46,608 nt of DNA. Source: an uncultured Planctomycetia bacterium (GTDB taxonomy: Bacteria > Omnitrophota > Gorgyraeia > Duberdicusellales > 4484-171). This document shows positions 9,818 through 18,473 of the stretch, in pieces; the first letter of the stretch is position 1, and each line of letters opens with the position of its first letter. The stretch is taken from NCBI GenBank assembly GCA_964526615.1, contig CAZGLF010000001.1:29179-75786 (forward strand). The letters run 5' to 3'. A program made the position numbers and the translations under genes. Under the pieces are notes generated by a model that worked only from the letters and a program-made list of their open reading frames with translations, did no database searches and was not told the origin of the DNA.

Positions 9818-11195
9818 AATTCTAAGTATTGTTGGTAATGTTATCACGGTTAAAGCTAAAGACGTAGCTTATGAAGAGTTAGCCCGGGTAAAGACTTCAC
9901 GAGGAACTAGCCTGGCACAGGTTATTAAGATTGAAGGTGATATAGTGTCTTTACAGGTTTTTACCGGCAGCCGCGGGATATCGACAGATGATGAAGTAAG
10001 ATTTTTAGGCCATCCGATGAAAGTTTCCTTTTCAGAAAATATGCTAGGAAGGGTTTTTGACGGTAGCGGCAATCCTAGAGATAAAGGGCCATCCTTGGCT
10101 GAATCAACGATTGAGGTTTCCGGGCCCACAGTTAATCCTTCCAAGCGAATTATCCCAAACCGGATGATAAGAACTAATATTCCGATGATTGATGTTTTTA
10201 ATTCCTTGGTGGTGTCACAAAAATTACCGATATTTTCCGTTTCCGGTGAACCTTACAATGAACTTTTGGCGCGAATTGCTCTTCAAGCCGAGGTCGATAT
10301 GATTATTTTAGGCGGCATCGGATTAAAGTATGACCAATATATGTATTTTAAAAATACCTTGGAAGAGGGAGGGGCATTAAACCGTTCGATATTTTTTGTT
10401 CACACTGCTTCTGACCCGGTAGTTGAAAGTTTAATGGTTCCGGATTTATGCTTAGCAGTTGCCGAGAAGTTTGCTTTAGGCGGTAAAGATGTTTTAGTCT
10501 TGTTGTCGGATATGACTAATTTTTGTGATGGCTTAAAGGAGATAGCAATTACTATGGAACAAGTTCCTTCCAACCGGGGTTATCCCGGAGACCTATATAG
10601 CCAGCTGGCAAAACGTTACGAGAAGGCAGTTGACTTTGAAGGAGCAGGCTCAATCACTATACTTTCAGCCACCACCATGCCGGGAGATGATGTTACCCAC
10701 CCGGTGCCCGATAATACCGGTTACATAACCGAGGGCCAATTTTATTTACGAGAAGGACGAATTGAGCCCTTTGGTTCTCTAAGCCGTTTAAAACAGCAAG
10801 TTAATGATAAAGCCCGAAAAGACCACCGGGCGATAATGGATGGAATGATCCAGCTTTACGCTCAATACCGGGAGACCGAAGAAAAGCGTTCAATGGGTTT
10901 TAGGATGAGCGGCTGGGATAAGCAGCTTTTAAAATATGGAAGCCTTTTTGAATCAGAGATGATGGATTTAGGAGTTAAGGTCTCTTTGGAAGAAGCCTTA
11001 GATAAAGGATGGCAGATTTTGGCAGAGTGTTTTAGCCCCAAAGAAACTAGTTTCAGAAGTGATTTAATAGAAGAATTCTGGCCTAAAGATAAGAAGAAAA
11101 AAACGCCTGAATCCGAGCAAAAAGAAGCACCGGAGGAAAAAGAGCAAGAGGAGCCAGGCCAAACTGATCAAGGCAATCAAGACAAGGAGACCTAA
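9798..11195 (+). CDS. ntpB: V-type ATPase subunit B (with an acidic/Lys-rich C-terminal tail)
   Basis: B-subunit features without a canonical P-loop. The last ~40 aa are low complexity ([23 protein letters not shown]...). Confidence 0.9.
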   Translation: MRKVHSKILSIVGNVITVKAKDVAYEELARVKTSRGTSLAQVIKIEGDIVSLQVFTGSRGISTDDEVRFLGHPMKVSFSENMLGRVFDGSGNPRDKGPSLAESTIEVSGPTVNPSKRIIPNRMIRTNIPMIDVFNSLVVSQKLPIFSVSGEPYNELLARIALQAEVDMIILGGIGLKYDQYMYFKNTLEEGGALNRSIFFVHTASDPVVESLMVPDLCLAVAEKFALGGKDVLVLLSDMTNFCDGLKEIAITMEQVPSNRGYPGDLYSQLAKRYEKAVDFEGAGSITILSATTMPGDDVTHPVPDNTGYITEGQFYLREGRIEPFGSLSRLKQQVNDKARKDHRAIMDGMIQLYAQYRETEEKRSMGFRMSGWDKQLLKYGSLFESEMMDLGVKVSLEEALDKGWQILAECFSPKETSFRSDLIEEFWPKDKKKKTPESEQKEAPEEKEQEEPGQTDQGNQDKET

Positions 11196-11213
11196 TCCAG
11201 CCTCCAAATACTT

Positions 11214-11825
11214 ATGGCTAAATTAAGACTGACCAAAAACGAATTAAAAAAACAAAAAGAAGCCTTAAAGCGATTTGACCGGTACCTACCGATGCTTTCG
11301 CTTAAGAAGAAGCAACTGCGTTTAGAAATAACTAAGATACAGCACCGGATAAAAGAGGTTACTGATAATATCGAGAATTTAAGAAACGATGTTGTTAACT
11401 GGGTTGATGTTTTTGCCCAAGAACTTGATTTGACTGATTTTTTGGAAATAGGAGAGGTTAAAGTCAAGCAGGGAAATGTAGCCGGTATAGATTTGCCGAT
11501 TTTTTCCAAAGTTGAATTTAAAGAGAAAGAATATGATCTGCTCAAAACACCTCTTTGGATAGATAAAGGGGTAGAAGCCCTTAAGGAGATAGTTAATTTA
11601 AAAGCCGAACTCGAAGTTTACCATAGGCAGGTAGCAGTATTAAAAGAAGAGTTAAGGACAACTACCCAGAGAATAAATTTATTTGAAAAAGTAAAAATAC
11701 CCGAGGCTAAAGAAAGCATAAGAATTATTCAAATATCTTTAGGCGAACTTCAAACAGCTGAAGTTATTAGAGGTAAAATAGCAAAGTCAAAAATCGAAAA
11801 GAGAAAAACCGAATTCGCGCAATGA
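11214..11825 (+). CDS. ntpD: V-type ATPase subunit D
   Basis: Starts LRLTKNELKKQKEALKRF, as subunit D proteins typically do. About 200 aa, coiled coil, expected operon position. Confidence 0.85.
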   Translation: MAKLRLTKNELKKQKEALKRFDRYLPMLSLKKKQLRLEITKIQHRIKEVTDNIENLRNDVVNWVDVFAQELDLTDFLEIGEVKVKQGNVAGIDLPIFSKVEFKEKEYDLLKTPLWIDKGVEALKEIVNLKAELEVYHRQVAVLKEELRTTTQRINLFEKVKIPEAKESIRIIQISLGELQTAEVIRGKIAKSKIEKRKTEFAQ

Positions 11826-13591
11826 TAGTAAAGATGGATAAAATAACTTTGTTGGTTTCTGAGAAACACATAAGCGATGCCCTTTGGAATTTACGAAGGT
11901 TAGGGGTTGTGCACGTTGAGCCGCTTCAGCAACCAAGTGCTCATTATATCGATTACCTCAACCATAGAATCGAGAGTGTGGAAGCAGTAGCAAAAATTTT
12001 AAGCGACATCAAAAAACAGAAAGCAATTGCCAAGCCAGACATTGCCGATTTTTTAAAAGAAGTAATAGCTTTAAATGATGAAAAAGAGCAGTTAAGTTTA
12101 CAATTGGACCAATTAAATAAAAAAAGCAGTTGGTATGACCAGTGGGGTGATGTTTCAGAACATGGTTTTGCTCCTCTTGAGAGAGCAGGTATTTTCCTAA
12201 AGCTTTATGCTATAAGTAAAAAAGAATATAAAAAAATAAAAGAAAAAGAAGAGATCCATCTTGTTAAAGAAAGCGGCCCCACAGCTTATATTGCCTATAT
12301 TACCGGAAACAAAGAAGATAGATTAGATTTTGTTCAAATAAGCCCGCCCCATGAAGATTTACAAACTTTAAAGAAAAAAATATATGAGCGTCAGAAGAAA
12401 ATCAAAGAAATCGATACCCGCCTCAAAGAAGCGTCGATTTATAAGAAATCACTGATTGAGTATAAAAAAGAGCTTTTCAAGGGGCTAGAGTTTTGCCGGG
12501 TGAAATTCGGAGTTATTTCAAAGGAAGGAATAAATTGCCTTAAGGGGTTTTGCCCAAGGCACTCAACAAAAAAAGTTTCGGCAATGGCCAAAAAACAAGG
12601 CTGGGGGATAGTTGTCCAAAAACCGGATAAACCGCAAGAGGTCCCTACGTTAATCAAAAATCCTAAATGGGTAAGGATGATAAGGCCGGTATTTAATTTT
12701 ATGGGCACCCTTCCCGGCTATAAGGAGTATGATGTAAGCCTTTGGTTTTTAATTTTCTTTAGTTTATTTTTTGCCATGTTGATCGGTGACGCCGGTTACG
12801 GTTTAATATTTTTAGGAGCAAGTTTTTTTGCCCAGAAAAAGATCAAAAAAGCACCTAAAGAACCTTTCTTTTTGATGTATACCTTAAGTGTTGCAACTGT
12901 TATTTGGGGAGCGATAACCGGAACTTGGTTTGGTTACGAGAGGATTGCTCAACTACCGTTTTTAAATTTTTTAGTCATAAACCGCATCGATAGCTTTGCC
13001 CAGGAAAATCAATCATTTATGATATATCTTTGTTTTTTGATTGGAGCAATCCATTTAAGTATAGCTCATTTGATAAAATTTTTCCGTTATATAAATTCTT
13101 TGGTTTCTTTGGCCCAAATTGGCTGGGTTTTTATAATTTGGTTTGTTTTTTATTTTGCCGGGGGATTAGTTTTGTCGAGGCCGATACCAAATTTTGCTTC
13201 TTTTCTCGGTATCGTGGGTGCGGCTTTAGTGATATTGTTTTCTAATCCTCAGAAAAATATCTTAAAAGGTATGCTTTTATCGATAAGCGACTTACCGCTG
13301 AATGTGATAAGTTCTTTTTCTGACGTAGTTTCTTACTTGAGGTTATTTGCTGTCGGCTATTCAACTGTAGCAATAGCCAGCACATTTAACAATATGGCTT
13401 TGGCTACCGGAATGAATACTTTAATGACTTCATTTTTGGCAGCCTGTATTTTAGTTTTGGGACACGCTTTAAATATTCTTTTAGGGATAATGTCGGTCAT
13501 CGTACATGGCATAAGGCTTAATATGCTTGAATTTTCAGGCCACCTAGATATGCAATGGTCCGGCAAAGAGTATCGGCCTTTTAAAGAGTGA
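11822..13591 (+). CDS. ntpI: V-type ATPase subunit I (stator/a-subunit)
   Basis: Soluble N-terminal half plus a multi-TM C-terminal half containing the conserved SYLRL motif. Expected operon position. Confidence 0.9.
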   Translation: MIVKMDKITLLVSEKHISDALWNLRRLGVVHVEPLQQPSAHYIDYLNHRIESVEAVAKILSDIKKQKAIAKPDIADFLKEVIALNDEKEQLSLQLDQLNKKSSWYDQWGDVSEHGFAPLERAGIFLKLYAISKKEYKKIKEKEEIHLVKESGPTAYIAYITGNKEDRLDFVQISPPHEDLQTLKKKIYERQKKIKEIDTRLKEASIYKKSLIEYKKELFKGLEFCRVKFGVISKEGINCLKGFCPRHSTKKVSAMAKKQGWGIVVQKPDKPQEVPTLIKNPKWVRMIRPVFNFMGTLPGYKEYDVSLWFLIFFSLFFAMLIGDAGYGLIFLGASFFAQKKIKKAPKEPFFLMYTLSVATVIWGAITGTWFGYERIAQLPFLNFLVINRIDSFAQENQSFMIYLCFLIGAIHLSIAHLIKFFRYINSLVSLAQIGWVFIIWFVFYFAGGLVLSRPIPNFASFLGIVGAALVILFSNPQKNILKGMLLSISDLPLNVISSFSDVVSYLRLFAVGYSTVAIASTFNNMALATGMNTLMTSFLAACILVLGHALNILLGIMSVIVHGIRLNMLEFSGHLDMQWSGKEYRPFKE

Positions 13592-13624
13592 TTTGATTTT
13601 AGTTTTATTTTAAGGAGGTGTAAT

Positions 13625-14071
13625 ATGATTCAAGGTTTTGGTGACATGAACTTTTCTTTGGCTTTTGCCGCCGTGGGTTCTGCTTTAGGTACTGGAGTAG
13701 CCGGCATGGCTGCTGTTGGTGCTTGGAAGAGAGCTTTTGCTCAGAATAAAACAGCACCATTTACTCTAGTTGCTTTTGTCGGAGCACCTTTAACCCAGAC
13801 AATTTACGGGATGATATTAAGAGACCAGATTATCGGTGCAAAATTGCCGGCAGATCCAAAAGTTTATGGTTATTTAATGATTATCGGTGCTATCGCCGGT
13901 ATTGCTATGGGAGCCTCAGCTTATATGCAGGGGAAAACCGCGGCCCGAGCCTGTGATGCTTTAGCCGAAACCGGTAAAGGATTTGGCCAATATATTATGG
14001 TTTTAGGGATAATCGAAACAGTTGCTCTTTTTGTAATGGCATTTTGCATGATGGCAATTCCTAAGGTATAA
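13625..14071 (+). CDS. ntpK: V-type ATPase proteolipid subunit K (4-TM, 148 aa)
   Basis: Gly/Ala-rich double-hairpin proteolipid. PLTQTIYG, MQGK and IETVALF match the Na+-ligand positions of Enterococcus hirae NtpK as I recall them. Confidence 0.9.
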   Translation: MIQGFGDMNFSLAFAAVGSALGTGVAGMAAVGAWKRAFAQNKTAPFTLVAFVGAPLTQTIYGMILRDQIIGAKLPADPKVYGYLMIIGAIAGIAMGASAYMQGKTAARACDALAETGKGFGQYIMVLGIIETVALFVMAFCMMAIPKV

Positions 14072-14207
14072 TACTTTGGAAAATAGCAAAAAAAGTGAGA
14101 TTTAAGCTAAATTCTTGGTGCTTTGGCTAAACTCAGCAGCAATCCTGAGAGAAATCGAAGGGTTGATTTTTCTTAGAATTTTGGTATTATTGAGCGATAT
14201 AATCGAT

Positions 14208-14279
14208 GGGCGGTTGGCGCAGCGGAAGCGCATCTGACTTACATTCAGAGGGTCACAGGTTCAAATCCTGTACCGCCCA
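14208..14279 (+). tRNA. tRNA-Val (anticodon TAC); CCA not encoded
   Basis: Manual cloverleaf: acceptor GGGCGGT/ACCGCCC; D arm GCGC-AGCGGAA-GCGC; anticodon arm TCTGA-CTTACAT-TCAGA; T arm ACAGG-TTCAAAT-CCTGT; discriminator A. Confidence 0.9.
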
Positions 14280-14327
14280 TGGTTTTATTTTGTTATTTTT
14301 TAAGGTAATATATTATTATAAACAGGT

Positions 14328-14406
14328 GGTGTTTAGAAGGGTTTAATGGATGCAATAGTTGCGGTTGAAGATTCTCTTCAACCGGCTCGCTTCGCGAGAT
14401 TGCATA
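14328..14406 (+). other. 79-nt structured insert (three-way junction) between an ACAGGT hexamer and the tRNA-Val 3'-end copy
   Basis: Closing helix TGCAAT (14351..14356) / ATTGCA (14399..14404). It encloses hairpin GGTTGAAG-ATTCT-CTTCAACC (14363..14383) and hairpin CTCGC-TTC-GCGAG (14386..14398). Confidence 0.6.
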
Positions 14407-14427
14407 CAAATCCTGTACCGCCCACCA
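14407..14427 (+). repeat. Sense copy of the last 18 nt of tRNA-Val (CAAATCCTGTACCGCCCA) followed by CCA
   Basis: 18/18 identity to 14262..14279. Unlike the gene itself, the copy is followed by CCA. Confidence 0.85.
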
Positions 14428-14466
14428 TTATTAAAAGTAATTTTATGGGTAAAGCAAAAATTAGAT

Positions 14467-16170
14467 ATGAATTTAGATAAATTAAGGCATTCGTGTTCTC
14501 ATATTTTAGCCAGCGCTGTTAAAAAACTTTATCCCGATGCTAAACTTGGTATTGGACCGGCAATTGAAAGTGGTTTTTATTATGATTTCGATATCCCCCA
14601 AGGTGTGAAGGAAGAAGATTTAGAAAAAATCGAAGGCCTGATGCAGCAGGAGATCGAGCAAAATTTACCATTTGAAAATCAAGAGTGGAGCTCAGAGGAA
14701 GCCATTGATTTTTTTAAAAAAAGAGGAGAACGCTATAAGGTAGAATTAATAAAAGAATTGGGCAGTGATAAAGTTTCAATTTATAAACATAACGATTTTA
14801 TCGACTTATGTAGGGGCCCGCATTTGGAATCAACAAAAGAAGCAAGGTATTTTAAGCTTTTATCTACATCTGGCGCTTATTGGAGAGGCTCGGAAGAAAA
14901 CCAACAATTAGTAAGGATTTACGGTACAGTTTTTCCGACAAAAAAAGAATTAAAAAAACATTTAAATAATTTAGAAGAAGCAAAAAAAAGAGATCATAGG
15001 AAATTAGGTAAGGAATTAGAACTCTTTGACATTTATCATAGTCAGGCTGGAGCCGGCTTGGTGTTTTATCTGCCTAAAGGAGCCCTTTTGCGAAGGATAA
15101 TCGAGGACTGGGAGATTAAAGAACATCTAAGAAGAGGATACCAGATGGTGGGAACCCCTCATATAATGGATAGTAGTCTTTGGCAAAAAAGCGGCCACCT
15201 CAATTATTACCAAGAATATATGTATTTGGCCCAGAAAGAGAATCAGGATTTTGTCTTGAAACCGATGAATTGCCCGGGTCATATCCTAATTTATAAGTCT
15301 AAACTTCATAGTTGGCGCGATTTGCCTTTAAGAATGTTTGAGCTGGGAACAGTGTACCGTTATGAAAAAAGCGGGGTTCTACATGGCCTTTTGAGAGTAA
15401 GAGGGTTTACTCAAGACGATGCCCATATTTTTTGTAAAAACGAAGACCTTGATTCTGAAATCGAAGGAGTCCTGGATTTCGTTAAAGCAGCGATGGATAA
15501 GTTTGGTTTTTCTGATTATACCGCTGAATTAAGTACCCGGCCTAAAGAATTTATCGGGGAAAGCGAGGATTGGGATAGAAGCGAGAAGATATTAGAAGAG
15601 GTGTTAAAGAAAAAGAAATTTAATTATCGCGTCAACGAGGGTGACGGGGCATTTTATGGGCCCAAGATAGATATAAAATTAACCGATGCCTTAGGCAGGC
15701 AGTGGCAATGTGCAACAGTTCAACTAGATTACAATATTCCAAAGAGGTTTGATTTAACTTATCGTTCTTCAAATGGGAAAAATGAAAGGGTTGTGATGGT
15801 CCACCGGGTAATTTTGGGGAGCTTGGAGAGATTTTTTGCTACCTTGATTGAGCATTATGCCGGAAAGTTTCCTTTATGGCTTGCTCCGGTTCAGGTAAGT
15901 GTGTTAAGTATAACCGATGAAGTAAAAGAATATGCTGCTCAAATAAAGGAAGAATTAGAAGAGGCCGGATTTAGGGCAGAGGCTGATTTAAGAGATGAGA
16001 CCTTGCAGAAAAAAATAAGAGAAAAGGAATTATATAAGATACCTTATATGGTTATAGTAGGGAAAAAAGAACAACAGGAAAATAAAATTTCTCTGCGGCA
16101 AAGAGGGATGAAGAATTTAGGAGTGAAAGCGAGAAAAGAATTATTAGAACTTTTAAAAAAGGAGGCATAA
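14467..16170 (+). CDS. thrS: Threonine--tRNA ligase lacking the N-terminal TGS domain
   Basis: Begins just before the editing-domain HSCSHIL motif (E. coli RHSCAHLL). Class II motifs present (FRVRGFTQDDAHIF, GAFYGPKID), followed by the anticodon-binding domain. I prefer the ATG at 14467. The ORF-track TTG at 14359 would read through the tRNA-fragment region. Confidence 0.9.
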   Translation: MNLDKLRHSCSHILASAVKKLYPDAKLGIGPAIESGFYYDFDIPQGVKEEDLEKIEGLMQQEIEQNLPFENQEWSSEEAIDFFKKRGERYKVELIKELGSDKVSIYKHNDFIDLCRGPHLESTKEARYFKLLSTSGAYWRGSEENQQLVRIYGTVFPTKKELKKHLNNLEEAKKRDHRKLGKELELFDIYHSQAGAGLVFYLPKGALLRRIIEDWEIKEHLRRGYQMVGTPHIMDSSLWQKSGHLNYYQEYMYLAQKENQDFVLKPMNCPGHILIYKSKLHSWRDLPLRMFELGTVYRYEKSGVLHGLLRVRGFTQDDAHIFCKNEDLDSEIEGVLDFVKAAMDKFGFSDYTAELSTRPKEFIGESEDWDRSEKILEEVLKKKKFNYRVNEGDGAFYGPKIDIKLTDALGRQWQCATVQLDYNIPKRFDLTYRSSNGKNERVVMVHRVILGSLERFFATLIEHYAGKFPLWLAPVQVSVLSITDEVKEYAAQIKEELEEAGFRAEADLRDETLQKKIREKELYKIPYMVIVGKKEQQENKISLRQRGMKNLGVKARKELLELLKKEA

Positions 16171-16174
16171 GTAA

Positions 16175-16678
16175 GTGAAATATGTGCGAGTAAATGATAG
16201 GATTTTTGCCAAAACAGTACGAGTTATTGGGCCAAATGGTGAGCAGCTAGGAGTTTTCCCCAGAGATACTGCTTTGAAAAAATCAGAGGAGCTTGATTTA
16301 GATTTAGTAGAAGTTGCTCCTCAAGCCAAGCCTCCAGTTTGCAGAATAATGGATTTTTCCAAATATCAATATGAACAGAAAAAAAGAGAAAAAGACTTAA
16401 GGAAGCATCAAAAACACACTCAACTAAAAGAAGTCAGGATTAGCCCCAGAATCGGTGAACACGATTATGAGGTTAAGTTAAAACATATAAAAGAGTTTCT
16501 AGAGAAAAGACATAAGGTGAGAATAAGGATGTTCTTTAGAGGCCGGGAGATTACCCATAAAGAAATCGGAAATAAATTAATAGACAAATTGCTTAAAGAC
16601 GTAGAAAATATTGGGAGGGTGGACAGGGACCCTCATATGTTAGGAAAAACAATGGTTATGACTTTGAGCCCCAAATAG
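16175..16678 (+). CDS. infC: Translation initiation factor IF-3 (GTG start)
   Basis: IF-3 N- and C-terminal domain features (VRVIGPNGEQLGV..., KEVRISPRIGEHDYEVKLKHI). GGAGG lies 9 nt upstream of the GTG. A non-AUG start is typical of infC. Confidence 0.9.
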   Translation: MKYVRVNDRIFAKTVRVIGPNGEQLGVFPRDTALKKSEELDLDLVEVAPQAKPPVCRIMDFSKYQYEQKKREKDLRKHQKHTQLKEVRISPRIGEHDYEVKLKHIKEFLEKRHKVRIRMFFRGREITHKEIGNKLIDKLLKDVENIGRVDRDPHMLGKTMVMTLSPK

Positions 16679-16713
16679 TACTTAGTCTCAGGCCGTTGAA
16701 TAGAGGAGGAAGT

Positions 16714-16914
16714 ATGCCTAAGTTAAAGACAAGAAAATCAGTATCAAAAAGATTAAAAGTAACCAAAAAGAAAAAAATTATGAAGGCTAAAGCCGGCCGG
16801 CGCCATTTATTGAGCCATAAATCAACAAAAAGGAAAAGGAACTTGAGAAAGAAAAACCAAGTAGAAGCCGGCGGAAAAGAGCTAGTTAAAAAAGCAATGC
16901 CATATTCAGCATAA
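16714..16914 (+). CDS. rpmI: 50S ribosomal protein L35
   Basis: MPKLKTRKSVSKRLKVT start. AGGAGGA SD upstream of the ATG at 16714. The ORF-track start at 16696 includes the SD. Confidence 0.9.
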   Translation: MPKLKTRKSVSKRLKVTKKKKIMKAKAGRRHLLSHKSTKRKRNLRKKNQVEAGGKELVKKAMPYSA

Positions 16915-16928
16915 AAAGGAGATCGAAA

Positions 16929-17297
16929 ATGAAAACAAAACATTCTGTAGCCTCTAGAAAAAGAAAAAAGAAGGTTTTAGAGCAAACCAAAGGATATTGG
17001 GGACAACGCAAGAATATATATCGCAGGGCGATTGAAACCTTGCGCCGGGCTTATGCCTATGCTTACCGGGATAGAAGGGTAAAGAAGAGAGAGTTTAGGT
17101 CTCTTTGGATAACAAGGATTAACGCAGCCCTAAAGCAAGAGGGCCTATCGTATGGGACTTTCATGCATGCTTTGAAAGAAAAAGAAATACTGCTTTCCCG
17201 GGATGTTTTAGCCCAGCTTGCTGCTGAGCATCCAGAGGTTTTTAAAGAAGTGATTGCCGCTGCCATAGGGCAAGCTTTAAGCGAAAAACAAAAGTAA
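16929..17297 (+). CDS. rplT: 50S ribosomal protein L20
   Basis: L20 motifs (KGYWGQRKNIYR, AYRDRRVKKREFRSLWITRINAA). Confidence 0.9.
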   Translation: MKTKHSVASRKRKKKVLEQTKGYWGQRKNIYRRAIETLRRAYAYAYRDRRVKKREFRSLWITRINAALKQEGLSYGTFMHALKEKEILLSRDVLAQLAAEHPEVFKEVIAAAIGQALSEKQK

Positions 17298-17318
17298 GAT
17301 TTATTTAAGAGAAATCAA

Positions 17319-17714
17319 ATGAAATATATTATTATCGTTGGTTGCGGAAGAATCGGCCGAGAACTGGCTTATGAGCTTTCCGATTCCGAAAACGTTGTCG
17401 CAGTCGATAAAAGCCTAAGACATTTGGATGTTTTAGGCGATGACTTTAACGGGAAAAAGATTTGGGCTGATGTTCTAGACATAAACACCCTTGAAAAAGC
17501 CGGAGCCAAAGATGCTGATGCGATTTATCTTTTAACCGGTAACGATAACGTGAATTTAGTAATTGGAAAAGTCATAAAGCGCAAATACGATACTAAAAAA
17601 ATTATTCTTCAAGTCAACGATACAATGAAAAAAAAGATTTTTAAAGAAGAAGGGTTAACCATAGTTAACCGTACTTATTTGATAGTCGAGGTATTAAAAA
17701 AATGTATATCGTAA
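17319..17714 (+). CDS. trkA: TrkA-N (RCK N-lobe only) NAD-binding protein
   Basis: Rossmann motif IIVGCGRIGRELA. Only 131 aa, with no TrkA-C domain. Confidence 0.7.
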   Translation: MKYIIIVGCGRIGRELAYELSDSENVVAVDKSLRHLDVLGDDFNGKKIWADVLDINTLEKAGAKDADAIYLLTGNDNVNLVIGKVIKRKYDTKKIILQVNDTMKKKIFKEEGLTIVNRTYLIVEVLKKCIS

Positions 17715-18367
17715 TAGCTGGAGCCGGCCGTCTCGGTTTAATTTTAGCTAAGAAACTAAAAGAAGATAACCATCAAGTCTGCATTATTGATAAAAATGAA
17801 GGCCTCTGCAATAGATTGGCAAGCGAGCTCAAAGATATTATGATAATTGCCGGAGACGCTACTTATCCGGATATCTTAAGAGAAGCTAAGATTGAAAAAG
17901 CCGATGTATGTGTAAGCTCGGCTTCTACCGATGAAGACAATACAATTATTTGTTATTTGGCTAAAGAACTCTTTGGGGTAAAAAGAACAGTCGCCAGGGT
18001 TAACGACCCTAAACACATTCCTCTTTATAAGTACATGGAGGTAGATAACCCGGTGGATTCAACTTCAATTATTGCCCGGGTTGTCGAAGAAGAAGCCTCC
18101 TTTAGCGATGTCATGAGCCTCTTAAGTATTAAAAAAGGGAGGCTTTCAATTGTCCGGGTCGATATTCCCCAGGAGTCGCCAGTTGCAAATAAATCCTTAA
18201 AAGACATCACCCTTCCTAAAAATTCTGTATTGGTTTCAATAATAAGAGGGCCGGATATAATAATCCCTTATGGTTCAACGGTTATATTGCCGGGTGATGA
18301 GGTAATTGCCGCAACCTTAATTGACGTTGAAAAAGAATTGATTAAAACGCTTATTGGCAAAATATAG
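17702..18367 (+). CDS. trkA: Trk/Ktr system K+ uptake protein TrkA (RCK N + C domains)
   Basis: VIAGAGRLGLILA Rossmann motif plus a C-terminal TrkA-C-like region (LSIVRVDIPQESPVANKSLKDI...). Confidence 0.8.
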   Translation: MYIVIAGAGRLGLILAKKLKEDNHQVCIIDKNEGLCNRLASELKDIMIIAGDATYPDILREAKIEKADVCVSSASTDEDNTIICYLAKELFGVKRTVARVNDPKHIPLYKYMEVDNPVDSTSIIARVVEEEASFSDVMSLLSIKKGRLSIVRVDIPQESPVANKSLKDITLPKNSVLVSIIRGPDIIIPYGSTVILPGDEVIAATLIDVEKELIKTLIGKI

Positions 18368-18383
18368 CTAGAATAGGTAGCTC

Positions 18384-18470
18384 ATGAGAATTGTATTAGG
18401 AATCGCAGTCGAAATTATTTATTGCCTTTTTATTATAAGTTTGGGTTACGGCCTTTCTTTATTATTTTAA
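18384..18470 (+). CDS. Possible 28-aa hydrophobic micropeptide (MRIVLGIAVEIIYCLFIISLGYGLSLLF) between trkA and trkH
   Basis: My own translation of the 106-nt gap. One TM-length hydrophobic stretch. The stop lies 3 nt before the trkH ATG. The ribosome-binding site is weak. Confidence 0.25.
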   Translation: MRIVLGIAVEIIYCLFIISLGYGLSLLF

Positions 18471-18473
18471 TCG

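Noticed and set aside
14198-14207. TATAAT only 4 nt upstream of the tRNA-Val 5' end (leaderless tRNA transcription?)
   Set aside because: There is no convincing -35 at proper spacing, and the distance to the mature 5' end is shorter than usual. In AT-rich DNA a lone TATAAT is weak evidence.
14281-14466. T-box riboswitch or E. coli-style tRNA-Thr anticodon-mimic operator in the thrS leader
   Set aside because: I found no T-box consensus, no specifier loop with a Thr codon and no NGU anticodon-like loop. The tRNA-like piece matches tRNA-Val in sense orientation, not tRNA-Thr.
14359-14466. ORF-track TTG start extending ThrRS by 36 aa
   Set aside because: The extension is encoded by the hairpin module and the tRNA-Val 3'-end copy and has no similarity to a TGS domain. 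The ATG at 14467 aligns with the start of the editing domain.
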